A stretch of DNA of 64,000 bases. It comes from an uncultured Candidatus Babeliaceae bacterium (GTDB lineage: Bacteria; Babelota; Babeliae; Babelales; Babelaceae). The stretch is taken from NCBI GenBank assembly GCA_963704655.1, contig OY969927.1:512001-576000 (forward strand). The letters are read 5' to 3'. Below are positions 1 through 10,108 of this stretch, piece after piece. Position 1 is the first letter of the stretch, and every line of letters begins with the position of its first letter. Position numbers and translations under genes: made by a program. Below the pieces are notes generated by a model. The model saw nothing but the letters and a program-made list of their open reading frames with translations, did no database searches and was not told the origin of the DNA.

Positions 1-684
1 GAGTGTCACTACAACAGCGGTACTCAGCAAGCTAAACTTGATGAGAGTAAAAATACTTCTTTTTAAATATGCCCATGAAATTTGAAAAACAGAAACAAAA
101 GAATAATTTTTATCGTATAATAATTGCCAAAAATAGACGCAACGAATTGCTATAACAATATAAACAAGTCCAGGAATAGGCAAAGTCACAAAAAGGACAA
201 TACTCACGATTCCTAAAGCGCCCGGATTTAAAGCCCATAATGCAATTAATGCCCCTATAATTTCATAGCTTTCTGAAAGAATAAGCAATAATAATGCCCA
301 TGGCGCTTTTATTAACGCATAAAATGCTTGAATAGATTCACTCATAAGAGATGATCTTTTATTTTGCAATAAACTCTGAATAAAAAAAACAGCTCCCAAT
401 ACCAAGAACGCAACTAAAAAAGTTAAAATTATTGCGCCATAAAAGGTACTTGGATTTTTTAAATAATTCGTAAGACTATCAGAAATAATCATCTGCCAAA
501 GTCCTTGTGAACTGTATTTAGTGGCAAAATCTGAAACTTTTGATTCAACCCCATGCTGCAAAAGATTCTTGAGAATATAAGAAATAAATCCAGAAATTGT
601 CATTAAAAATAAATAGTACAGCACAAAAATAGGATGCTGGATAATAAAACTATTAGCAGACTTAAATAGTTTAAAAGTATTCAT
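1..684 (-). CDS. Multi-pass membrane protein, paralog of 775..1605, 3' end runs off the window
   Basis: Not in the ORF track. ATG at 684 with GGAG upstream. Reads MNTFKLFKSANSFIIQHPIFVLYYLFLMTISG, matching FFQAVRFIPQHMSFTLYYFFLMTVSE of the neighbour. Internal ALINAPWA matches ALLRAPWA. Confidence 0.75.
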   Translation of the reverse strand, partial: MNTFKLFKSANSFIIQHPIFVLYYLFLMTISGFISYILKNLLQHGVESKVSDFATKYSSQGLWQMIISDSLTNYLKNPSTFYGAIILTFLVAFLVLGAVFFIQSLLQNKRSSLMSESIQAFYALIKAPWALLLLILSESYEIIGALIALWALNPGALGIVSIVLFVTLPIPGLVYIVIAIRCVYFWQLLYDKNYSFVSVFQISWAYLKRSIFTLIKFSLLSTAVVVTL

Positions 685-721
685 AAAACTCCAAGATAAT
701 TAAATTATATATTATTTAATT

Positions 722-757
722 AATAAAGGGCACCATAAATTATGCTGCCCTTTATTG
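722..757. terminator. Stem-loop, probable intrinsic terminator after 775..1605
   Basis: Inverted repeat aataaagggca...tgccctttatt. Confidence 0.6.
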
Positions 758-774
758 TTGAAAATTTAATAATT

Positions 775-1605
775 TTATTTTTCTGCTCTTACGTGATAAT
801 AAATCATGTTAAAACCAATAATGCCGATGAATATGATGTATGTTCTTACTAAGAATTGAATAATCATAACAAGTGGTGAATCGACTAACGCAAATCCCAA
901 AAGTATAAAGAAAAAACTTAAAAGTGCTGCTAATGCCCCAACTATAAGAAAGAATTTCAATAGTGAGAGCCAGCTGTTTTTAAAATACTCCCATGAAGTA
1001 TGTATGACAGACGCAAAAGAATGGTAATTATCATACAAAAGCTGTTGATAATAAATTAATGCAATACCAACAAACATAAATGTAACCATTATCGCAAAAA
1101 ATATCGCATAGCTCAATACCGTGGCGGGTGAGCCAATACTTTGAACAGGCATGAGATATTGAATAATCGACATATACATGGCAAGCGCAAGAATATACAC
1201 CATTGCCCATGGCGCACGAAGTAATGCATGCAAACTATGTGCTGTTTCATGAACTAATGACGTGTCACGCTTGTGAATAAGTGCCTGTGCTATGAATGTT
1301 ACGCCAACAAGCAGAAATAACACCAGACATGTGAGCGCAAAAAGAAGATAAGCGCTATACGGTTGTTGCAAGGTAAGTATAAAACTTTCTGGTAACAGGG
1401 ATTTCCAAAAAGGCGACATAACAATAGGTGAACCTTCAGATTGAATAATATCTTGGAATCTTTGATCCATACTAATGATTCGTGCAACCTGAACTAATTC
1501 AGACACCGTCATCAAGAAAAAGTAATATAGCGTAAATGACATATGTTGCGGTATAAAACGAACCGCTTGGAAAAAAATTTCACGTGCTTTTACATGAATC
1601 TGCAT
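775..1605 (-). CDS. Hypothetical multi-pass membrane protein
   Basis: 276 aa with about 6 hydrophobic segments; GGAG upstream of the start. Confidence 0.75.
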   Translation of the reverse strand: MQIHVKAREIFFQAVRFIPQHMSFTLYYFFLMTVSELVQVARIISMDQRFQDIIQSEGSPIVMSPFWKSLLPESFILTLQQPYSAYLLFALTCLVLFLLVGVTFIAQALIHKRDTSLVHETAHSLHALLRAPWAMVYILALAMYMSIIQYLMPVQSIGSPATVLSYAIFFAIMVTFMFVGIALIYYQQLLYDNYHSFASVIHTSWEYFKNSWLSLLKFFLIVGALAALLSFFFILLGFALVDSPLVMIIQFLVRTYIIFIGIIGFNMIYYHVRAEK

Positions 1606-1798
1606 AAGGGCTCCTATAAGTAGAAAAACATAACTCTCAAAACTAGGTACAGTTTACCTCATAATAGATCAAAAAAATAATTTTTATCTAGAGAAAAAAA
1701 TTTAATTAATATTTTTTTTTATGGCCGATCATTCACTTACACAATAAGGTTATAGTACACTGGCAACAAAGATATCAGTTAAAAAAAAATAAAAGCGT

Positions 1799-2443
1799 AT
1801 GAAAAAAATTTTTACTGCCTCTCTTATTATAGCATGTGCATTAGAACAACCGTTTAAACGACTTTATGCGCTTGAAAAAATGCAAGCGGTCCTGAAAACG
1901 GAAAAATGCATTATTTTGTTGCCTGAAGACTACGATAAAATTCCGCCTCTAGACTACACCAAGCAAGAAATCGATGACATTCTTAATAGTCGTTTTAATG
2001 ATGTGCAATTCATAGTTAAAGAAGAAAATGTTCTCTTCTGGAAAATTGCTATGAAATTCAAGCTCCTTGAAGCAGTGCAAGAAAGAAGTATTACCCCTTT
2101 TCTGCTGGGAATAATTAATGCCGAAAACGAGGTTACAAAAATTACCATTTCTGAATATTTTTCTAAATTAACGCTAGCACAAAGACAAACCGAAAAAAAA
2201 CGCTTGGCTGAGCTCATTGTGGCTAATGGTATGCAGATTGAATATATCATGCTCAATATCTTTCAAGAATATCCAGACTATTTCTACGATAAAAACGACT
2301 TTGATGGTTCCAGCCCATTGCAAAATAGGCCTAAGCACATCCGGCAGATGGACACCTTTGATTATACCGACCGGATCTTAAAGCTCGTTGCGCAACAAAA
2401 AAAAATCACACGTATCATTATGCAACAATTAGGTACCTTATAA
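1799..2443 (+). CDS. Hypothetical protein with signal-peptide-like N-terminus
   Basis: MKKIFTASLIIACA N-terminus; 214 aa. Confidence 0.65.
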   Translation: MKKIFTASLIIACALEQPFKRLYALEKMQAVLKTEKCIILLPEDYDKIPPLDYTKQEIDDILNSRFNDVQFIVKEENVLFWKIAMKFKLLEAVQERSITPFLLGIINAENEVTKITISEYFSKLTLAQRQTEKKRLAELIVANGMQIEYIMLNIFQEYPDYFYDKNDFDGSSPLQNRPKHIRQMDTFDYTDRILKLVAQQKKITRIIMQQLGTL

Positions 2444-2560
2444 ATTTTTTCTATTCCGGTCACCCACACTAAAACTCAGCTTTTTAGCGCACTTTTCAAT
2501 TTAACAGCCTGTGCTAAACTTAATAAATACAAAACTTAACACATAACCCATTTTCACCGT

Positions 2561-5500
2561 ATGTCTGATAAACATTTTACTCACCTGCATTTACATACCG
2601 ATTATTCGCTGCTAGACGGCGCAATCACCGTGGACAAGCTCGTTGATTTTGGTAAACAGAACAACTTTAAGGCCCTTGCCATGAGCGACCACGGGAATAT
2701 TTTTGGTGGCGTAAAATTTTTTCAAGCGGCAAAAAAGGCTGGAATCAAGCCAGTTTTGGGGATGGAGGCCTACTTTACCCAAGATATCAAAATTAAAAAA
2801 GCCGATGATAAATATTATCATCTTATCCTATTAGTAGAAAATGATATCGGATACAAGAATCTCTGCCGCCTAATTCACCTTTCGTATACTGAAGGTTTTT
2901 ATTTTAAACCACGTATCGATTATGCAGCACTTGCACTTTATAGTGAGGGGCTCACGGTAACTACCGCCTGTCTTGGTGGCCATATTCCGTCACTATTAAT
3001 GGAAAACAATCCCCAAATGGTTGATGAGCGCGTCGACTGGTTTTTAAAAACATTCGGCCCCGAACGTTTTTATCTTGAAGTACAGCCAGATGACCAACCG
3101 GAACAACGCATATTAAATGAAAAACTTTTTGATCTCAGCAAGCGCAAAGGCGTACAGCTGGTTGCAGCAGGCGATTGCCATTATACAACTGCAGAGGATC
3201 GTTATGCCCATGAGATTATGCTTGCTATCCAAACGCATAATAAAATAACCGACCCGGGCCGCTTTACCTTTGGCGACTGCCGCGTGCATATGCGCACACA
3301 AGCAGAGATGCTTGAACTTTTTAAAGGTCATGAAGAGGCCGTCTGGAACTCAGGAAAAATAGCTGACCGCTGTAATTTTAGTTACCAAACCGGCAAACTC
3401 TTTTTTCCACAATTTGAAGTTCCGCAGGGTATTAGCCATGAAGAATATTTTGCCCAACTATGCAGAAAAGGGCTTTCTGATTTACACGCAAGCCAGCGCT
3501 ACCCAGCAGAGCAGCAAGAACAGTACCAAGCACGTTTAGAGCTTGAAATTGCGCTTATTACAAAAATGGGTTTTGTTGGCTACTTTTTAGTCGTGGGTGA
3601 TTTTATCCAGTGGGCACGTGCACATAATATCCCCGTTGGCCCCGGCCGTGGATCCGCTGCAGGGTCACTTGTTGCATGGGCATTACAAATTACAGATATT
3701 GACCCGATACGCTATAACTTACTTTTTGAGCGCTTTTTAAACCCAGAACGGGTATCGATGCCCGATATTGATATCGATTTTTGCATCGAAGGACGCGAGC
3801 GCGTTATCGAATACGTACGCACAAAATATGGCCATGATAAAGTATGCCAGATTATAACCTTTGGTACCATGATTGCAAAGGGCGTCATAAAAGATGTTGC
3901 GCGTGCATTAGGCTTTCCTTTTGAAGATTCAAATGCATTAACCGATCTTATTCCAGATCAATTAAAAATCACACTCACCCAAGCATGTGAGATGGAACCA
4001 AAATTACAAGAACTTCGAGACTCTAACCCACGCATTGCCGAACTTTTTGATATCGCATTACGCCTTGAAGGGCTTACGCGCCATGCATCAAAACATGCTG
4101 CCGGTATTGTAATTTCACCAGAACCTATTAAAGAAGTATTACCTGTTTATATTCCACCAAAAACGACTGATCTGGTTACGCAATATGCCATGACCGAGCT
4201 GGAAACACTTGGTTTTTTAAAGATGGACTTTTTGGGGCTGAAAAACTTAACACTTATTCAACGGACACTTGAGCTGATTGAAAAAAATCATGGCATTAAA
4301 CTAGATATTCACCATGTTACCCCTTGATGACGAAAAAGCATTTCAATTACTGTGTGCCGGCAAAACATCGGGCGTGTTCCAATTAGAATCTGACGGGTTA
4401 AAAGACACATTACGCAGATTACAGCCAACTAAATTTGAAGATATTATCGCCGTTAACGCGCTTTATCGCCCGGGCCCACTTGGTTCGGGAATGGTTGATG
4501 ATTTTATTGAACGAAGACATGGCAGACAAAAGATTCCGTATGTATTCCCTGAGCTTAAAGAAATTCTAGAAGAAACCTATGGCGTTATTGTCTATCAAGA
4601 GCAGGTGATGAAAATCGCCTCTGCAATTGGCGGGTTCACCTTAGGTGAATCTGATATTTTGCGCCGCGCGATGGGTAAGAAAAAAGCCGATGTCATGGCC
4701 GAACAAAAGGATATTTTTGTTAACCGCGCAACAGAGCGTGGCTTTAACGCAAAAAAAGCTGGCGAACTTTTTGACTTGATGGCCTACTTTGCTGGTTACG
4801 GATTTAACAAATCTCACTCGGCAGCATATGCTCTTATTGCGTATCAAACGGCGTACCTTAAAGCGCAATACCCTGCTGAATTTATGGCATGCTTAATATC
4901 TCTTGAATCGAGCGATGCAGAAAAGATGGCATTTTATATCGCAGAAGCACGGGATATGGGTATTACGATTTTACCGCCCGATATTAACGCATCAGAAAAT
5001 ATGTTCACGGCACGTGAAATGTCTATACGTTTTGGGCTGCAGGGCATTAAAAATGTCGGCCATGCCGCACTTGAAAGTATTATTCGTCACCGAACAGAAA
5101 AGCCTTATAAGGATCTGTATGATTTCTGTTTACGTGTCGATTTACGCACGGTAAATAAACGTGTTATTGAAAGTCTTATTTACGCAGGCGCCTATGACAT
5201 GCTGCCGGGAAACCGCGCACAAAAGCTTGCCGAACTATCGCATATTATGGACCAAGCAGCTGAAGCAAAAGAAGCGCTTATTACCGGGCAGATGGGCTTA
5301 TTTGGTTCACCAACAGAACAGTTTGCTCATAATGACAACTTTTATGCATTTGCAGCACGTGAAGAACTTTCTGATAAAGAAAAATTAGAAAAAGAAAAAG
5401 AGGTTGTTGGGTTATATATCAGCGCCCAACCACTTGATCGCTATAAAAAACAGACGACATGGTTACAGGCAATTCCCTTTACTCAGGCTGCGCAAACACA

Positions 5501-5984
5501 AGGGTTGGTTACCTGTTGTGGAACATTCAAGTCGCATAAAGTTATCACCACCAAAAAAGGTGATAAGATGGCGTTTTTATTTCTTGAAGATTCAACAACT
5601 ACGGCTGAAATTATCTTATTTCCAAAAGTATACACCCGTGTTGCATCACTTTTAGAAGATAACGCAGTTTTTGCCGTTAAAGGTTTTGTTGATGAAACAG
5701 GCACTGGAACGTGCAAAATTAAAGCACAAGAACTTATAGTATTAGATAAGCTCTTTGACGACCATGCAATTATCACCGTTACCATCACATTGCCAGAAAC
5801 GAATCAACTAATATTACTCGAATCTATTAAAGCTCTTATGCAACCAGGCAAAATTGCACTCAACTTTGTCTTAACGGATAATAGCAAAAAGATTAAGCTT
5901 GCCACGCGCCAAAAGATTACTATTACACCACAGATTTTACAGCTGGTTGAAGATCACCAACTGGTAATGCAGCTTGAGATATAG
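2561..5984 (+). CDS. dnaE: DNA polymerase III alpha subunit, interrupted by a 1-nt frameshift at about 4310-4320 (ORFs 2561..4327 and 4314..5984)
   Basis: PHP motif HLHLHTDYSLLDG, GPGRGSAAGS, FERFLNPER, MPDIDIDF and KMDFLGL in part 1. GVFQLES, YGFNKSHSAAY and an OB-fold region in part 2. Confidence 0.95.
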
Positions 5985-5990
5985 CAGAAT

Positions 5991-6836
5991 TTATTTTTTA
6001 GTTTTTTCAACTACAATGTGCACAAACTCATCATCATCTTGAGCACTATTGTTTAAAGTACCCCTTGTTGGATTATCTACGGTCGTAGCAACTTGAGTAG
6101 CTGGAACAGCCTCAACAAGTGTAGGATTTTCAAGTTTAGTAACACCAACGTGAGAACTATCATCAGGTTCTTGCGCTATCATAATTGATGTTTCAGCAAC
6201 TAAATTTACATTCTCTACCATTCTTTTAAATACATCTGATTCATCAGGATCAGAATCTTCCCCTGTTATATCTTTGCGAGGTTTATCAGCCAAATACGCA
6301 TCTAGAACACTTTTTTTAACCGTAGTTCTAAAGGTAAATAAATTATCACTCGCTGCTTTTTGCACAATAAGAGTTGTATAAGGATCAATTTGAATAGCTC
6401 GCTCAGTTAACGGAATATCTGCCTGTCTACGATACGTTTTGCGTGGGGTGACACAAGAGAACAAATATCCCGTAATACGGTCACAAATCGGAATTTCTAC
6501 TTCATCTTCAGCTTGGACTTCTGGTTGAACCATATTTTGCCGAGCAACTTCTAATAAAGCTTTTTGTAAATCGCTAGAATTACCATCTAAAACATTAATT
6601 TTTAATTCTACATCACCATTATCATCAACTGGCAGATGAGAAGTAATTTTCAAACCTGGAATGGTAGGCGCACCTGAATAATAAGTAGTTTGTGGATTAT
6701 CAAGACCTTGATGGGCGATTTGATGATGGTTATATAAATGTCTTATAATTTCTTGAGTTGTAGAAGACAAATCCATATCACGATTCATGCCATGCAGTGA
6801 AACACAAAAACAAACGGACAAAAACATATATTTCAT
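5991..6836 (-). CDS. Hypothetical secreted protein
   Basis: Signal-like MKYMFLSVCFCVSLHG-M; 281 aa. Confidence 0.7.
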   Translation of the reverse strand: MKYMFLSVCFCVSLHGMNRDMDLSSTTQEIIRHLYNHHQIAHQGLDNPQTTYYSGAPTIPGLKITSHLPVDDNGDVELKINVLDGNSSDLQKALLEVARQNMVQPEVQAEDEVEIPICDRITGYLFSCVTPRKTYRRQADIPLTERAIQIDPYTTLIVQKAASDNLFTFRTTVKKSVLDAYLADKPRKDITGEDSDPDESDVFKRMVENVNLVAETSIMIAQEPDDSSHVGVTKLENPTLVEAVPATQVATTVDNPTRGTLNNSAQDDDEFVHIVVEKTKK

Positions 6837-6903
6837 AATTATTCTCCAAGCAAAATGCCCAACAGATTAGGCTCTCACTATAGAATTAAGATAAAAAAAA
6901 AGC

Positions 6904-6934
6904 AATAACTCGCGCAGTATCTGCGCGAGTTATT
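6904..6934. terminator. Intrinsic terminator after the phoH-like gene
   Basis: Perfect inverted repeat aataactcgcgcag/ctgcgcgagttatt; A-run on the left gives a U-tract on the minus strand. Confidence 0.7.
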
Positions 6935-6953
6935 ATAAAAAGAAAGTCGAATA

Positions 6954-8375
6954 TTATAAAAGTTCACCAGCAAGTTTGCTCAGTTCACTTCGTTCACTGA
7001 CGGTTAAGAACGCAGTCCCAAAAATAGCATTATTCTTAAACCGCTGACTTGCAACCATCAAACCATTGCTCGTAAAATCTAAATACGGTGAATCGATTTG
7101 GTACGGATCACCCGCAAGAACAATTTTACTTCCGTCGCCCACACGGCTAACAATAGTTTTAACTTCATGCGGCGTTAAGTTCTGTACCTCATCGATAAAG
7201 ATATACTGGTAAGGAATCGAGCGTCCACGCATATACGTGATCGCCTCTAAGCTCATTTTGCCCTGGCGAGAAAGTTCATCAAGCGAGGGGAACCCATGGC
7301 GTGCTTTTTCTTGGCGCTTTTCTTTATACTTGTCACGCTTGCGATCTTTTTTATTCCAGTTCTTTTCTTGCTCTTCTTGAGGCTGCTCATCATAATAGAT
7401 GGAACTATTTGTTCTGGTGTTTGCCGTATGCACAATAAAATCCATGTTATCATAAATCGGCTGCATCCAGCTGTGTAATTTTTCTTGCAGATCGCCCGGC
7501 AAGTAACCGATATCAGGCCCAAGTGGCACAACAGGGCGCGAAATAAGCATCTTATTATACACCTGCTCAACAAGTATCTTATGAAGCCCTGCAACTAATG
7601 CTAAGAATGTTTTACCCGTACCTGCAGGCCCTAAAAGAGAAACAAACTTAATAGAGTCATCTAATAACAGATCAAGCGCAATAAGCTGTTGCGGGTTACG
7701 CGGTTTGATGTTCCATTTTAAATCTGGCACAAAAATCTCTTTAAAATTTTTAGTGCCAACGTATCTAAACAAGCGATAGTTATACGGATTGTGCTGACTT
7801 TCTGCAAGCACGTACTCATTTAGCGTAAACTTATAATCTTTTGTAAGATCATTAAGAAAACTCTGCATGTCCTTTTTTAATTGCACCGCTGGAACCTGAA
7901 CGGTCATCCACCCTTTATAGAATTCATCGTGTGAAACAACATCTTTAAGATAATCTTCGGTCCTAAGATTTAAAACATCCGCCTTAACGCGCATGTTAAT
8001 ATCTTTGGTAATAAAGGTGACATCAAACCCTTTTTGCTGCATACATAATGCAGTTTCTAAGATCTTATTATCTGGCGTTTCTGGCCAATCTATTGTGGGG
8101 CATTTATCTGAAGGTTGTGTAAATAAAATTTGAACAATACCTCCGGTATCAAGCTTAACACCGCCACTCAGAGAACCTTTCTGGCGTAAAATATCAAGAT
8201 GCCGAATTGTTTCACGGGCATTTCGTCCGCGCTGAGAATTTTCTGTTTTAAAATGATCAAGCTCTTCAAGAACCATTGTGGGGATAGCAACAATTTCTGG
8301 TGCAAATCCAAAAAAAGCTTCTGGATCATGAATTAAAATGTTGGTATCGAGTATATACATCTTTGGTTTTGGCAT
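6954..8375 (-). CDS. PIN-PhoH family ATPase (PhoH2/YlaK-like)
   Basis: N-terminal PIN (ILDTNILIHDP, DNKIL, ITKDINMRVKA). GPAGTGKT, GYLPG, YMRGRS, DEVQN and GDPYQID motifs. Confidence 0.9.
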   Translation of the reverse strand: MPKPKMYILDTNILIHDPEAFFGFAPEIVAIPTMVLEELDHFKTENSQRGRNARETIRHLDILRQKGSLSGGVKLDTGGIVQILFTQPSDKCPTIDWPETPDNKILETALCMQQKGFDVTFITKDINMRVKADVLNLRTEDYLKDVVSHDEFYKGWMTVQVPAVQLKKDMQSFLNDLTKDYKFTLNEYVLAESQHNPYNYRLFRYVGTKNFKEIFVPDLKWNIKPRNPQQLIALDLLLDDSIKFVSLLGPAGTGKTFLALVAGLHKILVEQVYNKMLISRPVVPLGPDIGYLPGDLQEKLHSWMQPIYDNMDFIVHTANTRTNSSIYYDEQPQEEQEKNWNKKDRKRDKYKEKRQEKARHGFPSLDELSRQGKMSLEAITYMRGRSIPYQYIFIDEVQNLTPHEVKTIVSRVGDGSKIVLAGDPYQIDSPYLDFTSNGLMVASQRFKNNAIFGTAFLTVSERSELSKLAGELL

Positions 8376-8564
8376 ACTGCTCCCTTAGTATCAGTATTGT
8401 CAAAAAAGTTTTTTGACAGATATTTCAGGTCAACCGTACCACAGTTTTTACTCATGATACAACAATAGTTTTTAATCTATATTTAAAGACTGTTATTATA
8501 CTACTAACAGAGTCTAAACAAAAAAAAGTGCCGACTTTTTACATCGACACTTTTTAAATTAAAT

Positions 8565-8915
8565 TTAGTTAGTAAAATACGACTCTAATATTTGTTTAAC
8601 TGCTGTTGCACCCACTGCGTATCCTATACCTGCTGCACCAATATTATATAAATATTGGCCGATCTCTCTTGAGTGGACAGTTGCAACAATAGCTCCAATA
8701 ACTGCTCCCGAAACAGCAGATCTTGAAACAATATCGCCTTCTGGTAATGCAAATTTATTAAGACCTTTTTTAAGCATAGGATCAAGACCAACACCACCCA
8801 TAACTGCCCAAGCTATAGATCTGTTGATCACATCAGTATCACTTAAAGCTACAGCATTCATGAAAACTGGCAGTGCAACTAATGATAAAAGAAAATATTT
8901 ACGTAATGTAATCAT
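8565..8915 (-). CDS. Hypothetical small secreted or membrane protein, Gly/Ala-rich hydrophobic helices
   Basis: Signal-like N-terminus and GxxxG-rich segments. Confidence 0.6.
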   Translation of the reverse strand: MITLRKYFLLSLVALPVFMNAVALSDTDVINRSIAWAVMGGVGLDPMLKKGLNKFALPEGDIVSRSAVSGAVIGAIVATVHSREIGQYLYNIGAAGIGYAVGATAVKQILESYFTN

Positions 8916-9019
8916 GTGATAAACCTTTCATGTAATTTTTTTATTCAACTTTACAACTTTTGTCGCGTAAAGCACCTGTAATGGTACTGAATAATAAATC
9001 TTTATGCAAATAAATTGTA

Positions 9020-9511
9020 TTAAAGCCCCTCACGCAAATCGACCAAATGGTTCTCTTCGCGTGATGTGTAAAGATAACGTTGGGCAATAACACCACCAAT
9101 AAACCCCAAAGCCGTAGATGCGTATGTTGCAATACTACGTTTTCTATGTACCGGATGATTAATATCATGTGGAAAACCGGGGTCATTATAACCACGAATT
9201 GCTTGATAGGTCACACATGTCAGATTAGATAAACATGCTGCTGCAAAGTAAAATATCTCTGAATCTTTTATCGTGGACCCAAAAACAAATCCAGACGCTC
9301 CACCGGCAAGTGCATGCTCAGCACAACGCAACGTCAATGAAGCATTTCGGGCAGATTCCGGTGTTTCAAATTCGATTGCAGAGCCATTTTTTGCTTCTTC
9401 TGTTTTTTCCATCTGCCCCTTTGTATCACATAGACCATTGTGATCCATGCCATAGTTTTTAGGCATAACTAAACATAATAAAAATAGTATCATATAAAAA
9501 TGAGTATTCAT
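9020..9511 (-). CDS. Hypothetical secreted protein, paralog of 9542..9946
   Basis: Shares leader, LCD, RCxEHA and RGYND with its neighbour. Confidence 0.7.
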   Translation of the reverse strand: MNTHFYMILFLLCLVMPKNYGMDHNGLCDTKGQMEKTEEAKNGSAIEFETPESARNASLTLRCAEHALAGGASGFVFGSTIKDSEIFYFAAACLSNLTCVTYQAIRGYNDPGFPHDINHPVHRKRSIATYASTALGFIGGVIAQRYLYTSREENHLVDLREGL

Positions 9512-9541
9512 AAAAGTTCTCCTATACCCAACAACTATAAA

Positions 9542-9946
9542 TTATTCTAAATAAGAACCTAATGTGCTTATTGCTGCAAGACAGCCTATAAGTTCAGAAC
9601 CTGCTGTCAGATACATACGGATTGGATTAACCCCTAAAACAAATTGGTGTCTTTTTAAACCTGAATCATTATAACCACGTGCACGTTGATGAGCGTACCA
9701 TGCAAGCCCTGATAATGGGAAACTTAAAATTAACGCCTGAGGATCGCTTTGCACAGCGGAATATAAAAGTGCCCCAACAATAACACCAGAGCCAGCATGC
9801 TCAAGGCACCTTTTTATTAAGGGCATACCCCTTTGGGTTAATCGTTCATGTTTTGCCATATCACAGAGATCACTAAGACCCACGCCATAACTTTTAGGCA
9901 TAACTAAACATAAAAAAAGTAGTATCATATAAAAACGGATATTCAT
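9542..9946 (-). CDS. Hypothetical secreted protein, paralog of 9020..9511
   Basis: Start moved to MNIRFY at 9946 (GAGGAG upstream); shared motifs with the neighbour. Confidence 0.7.
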   Translation of the reverse strand: MNIRFYMILLFLCLVMPKSYGVGLSDLCDMAKHERLTQRGMPLIKRCLEHAGSGVIVGALLYSAVQSDPQALILSFPLSGLAWYAHQRARGYNDSGLKRHQFVLGVNPIRMYLTAGSELIGCLAAISTLGSYLE

Positions 9947-10108
9947 ACAGCTCCTCACTTTCCTACCGACTCATAATCACGAAATAGGTTACCTAACTAA
10001 AAAAATATTTGCAAAAGGTTATATATCTCACAAAAAATATGCCCCCTTAAAAGATACTACAACTTTGATATACTATAGAAAACTTATTTTACCTTTAAAA
10101 GGCGCCCT

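Noticed and set aside
4200-4450. Split-intein DnaE as in cyanobacteria
   Set aside because: No intein N-terminal block or HN-C/S junction is present; DnaE sequence runs straight across the break.
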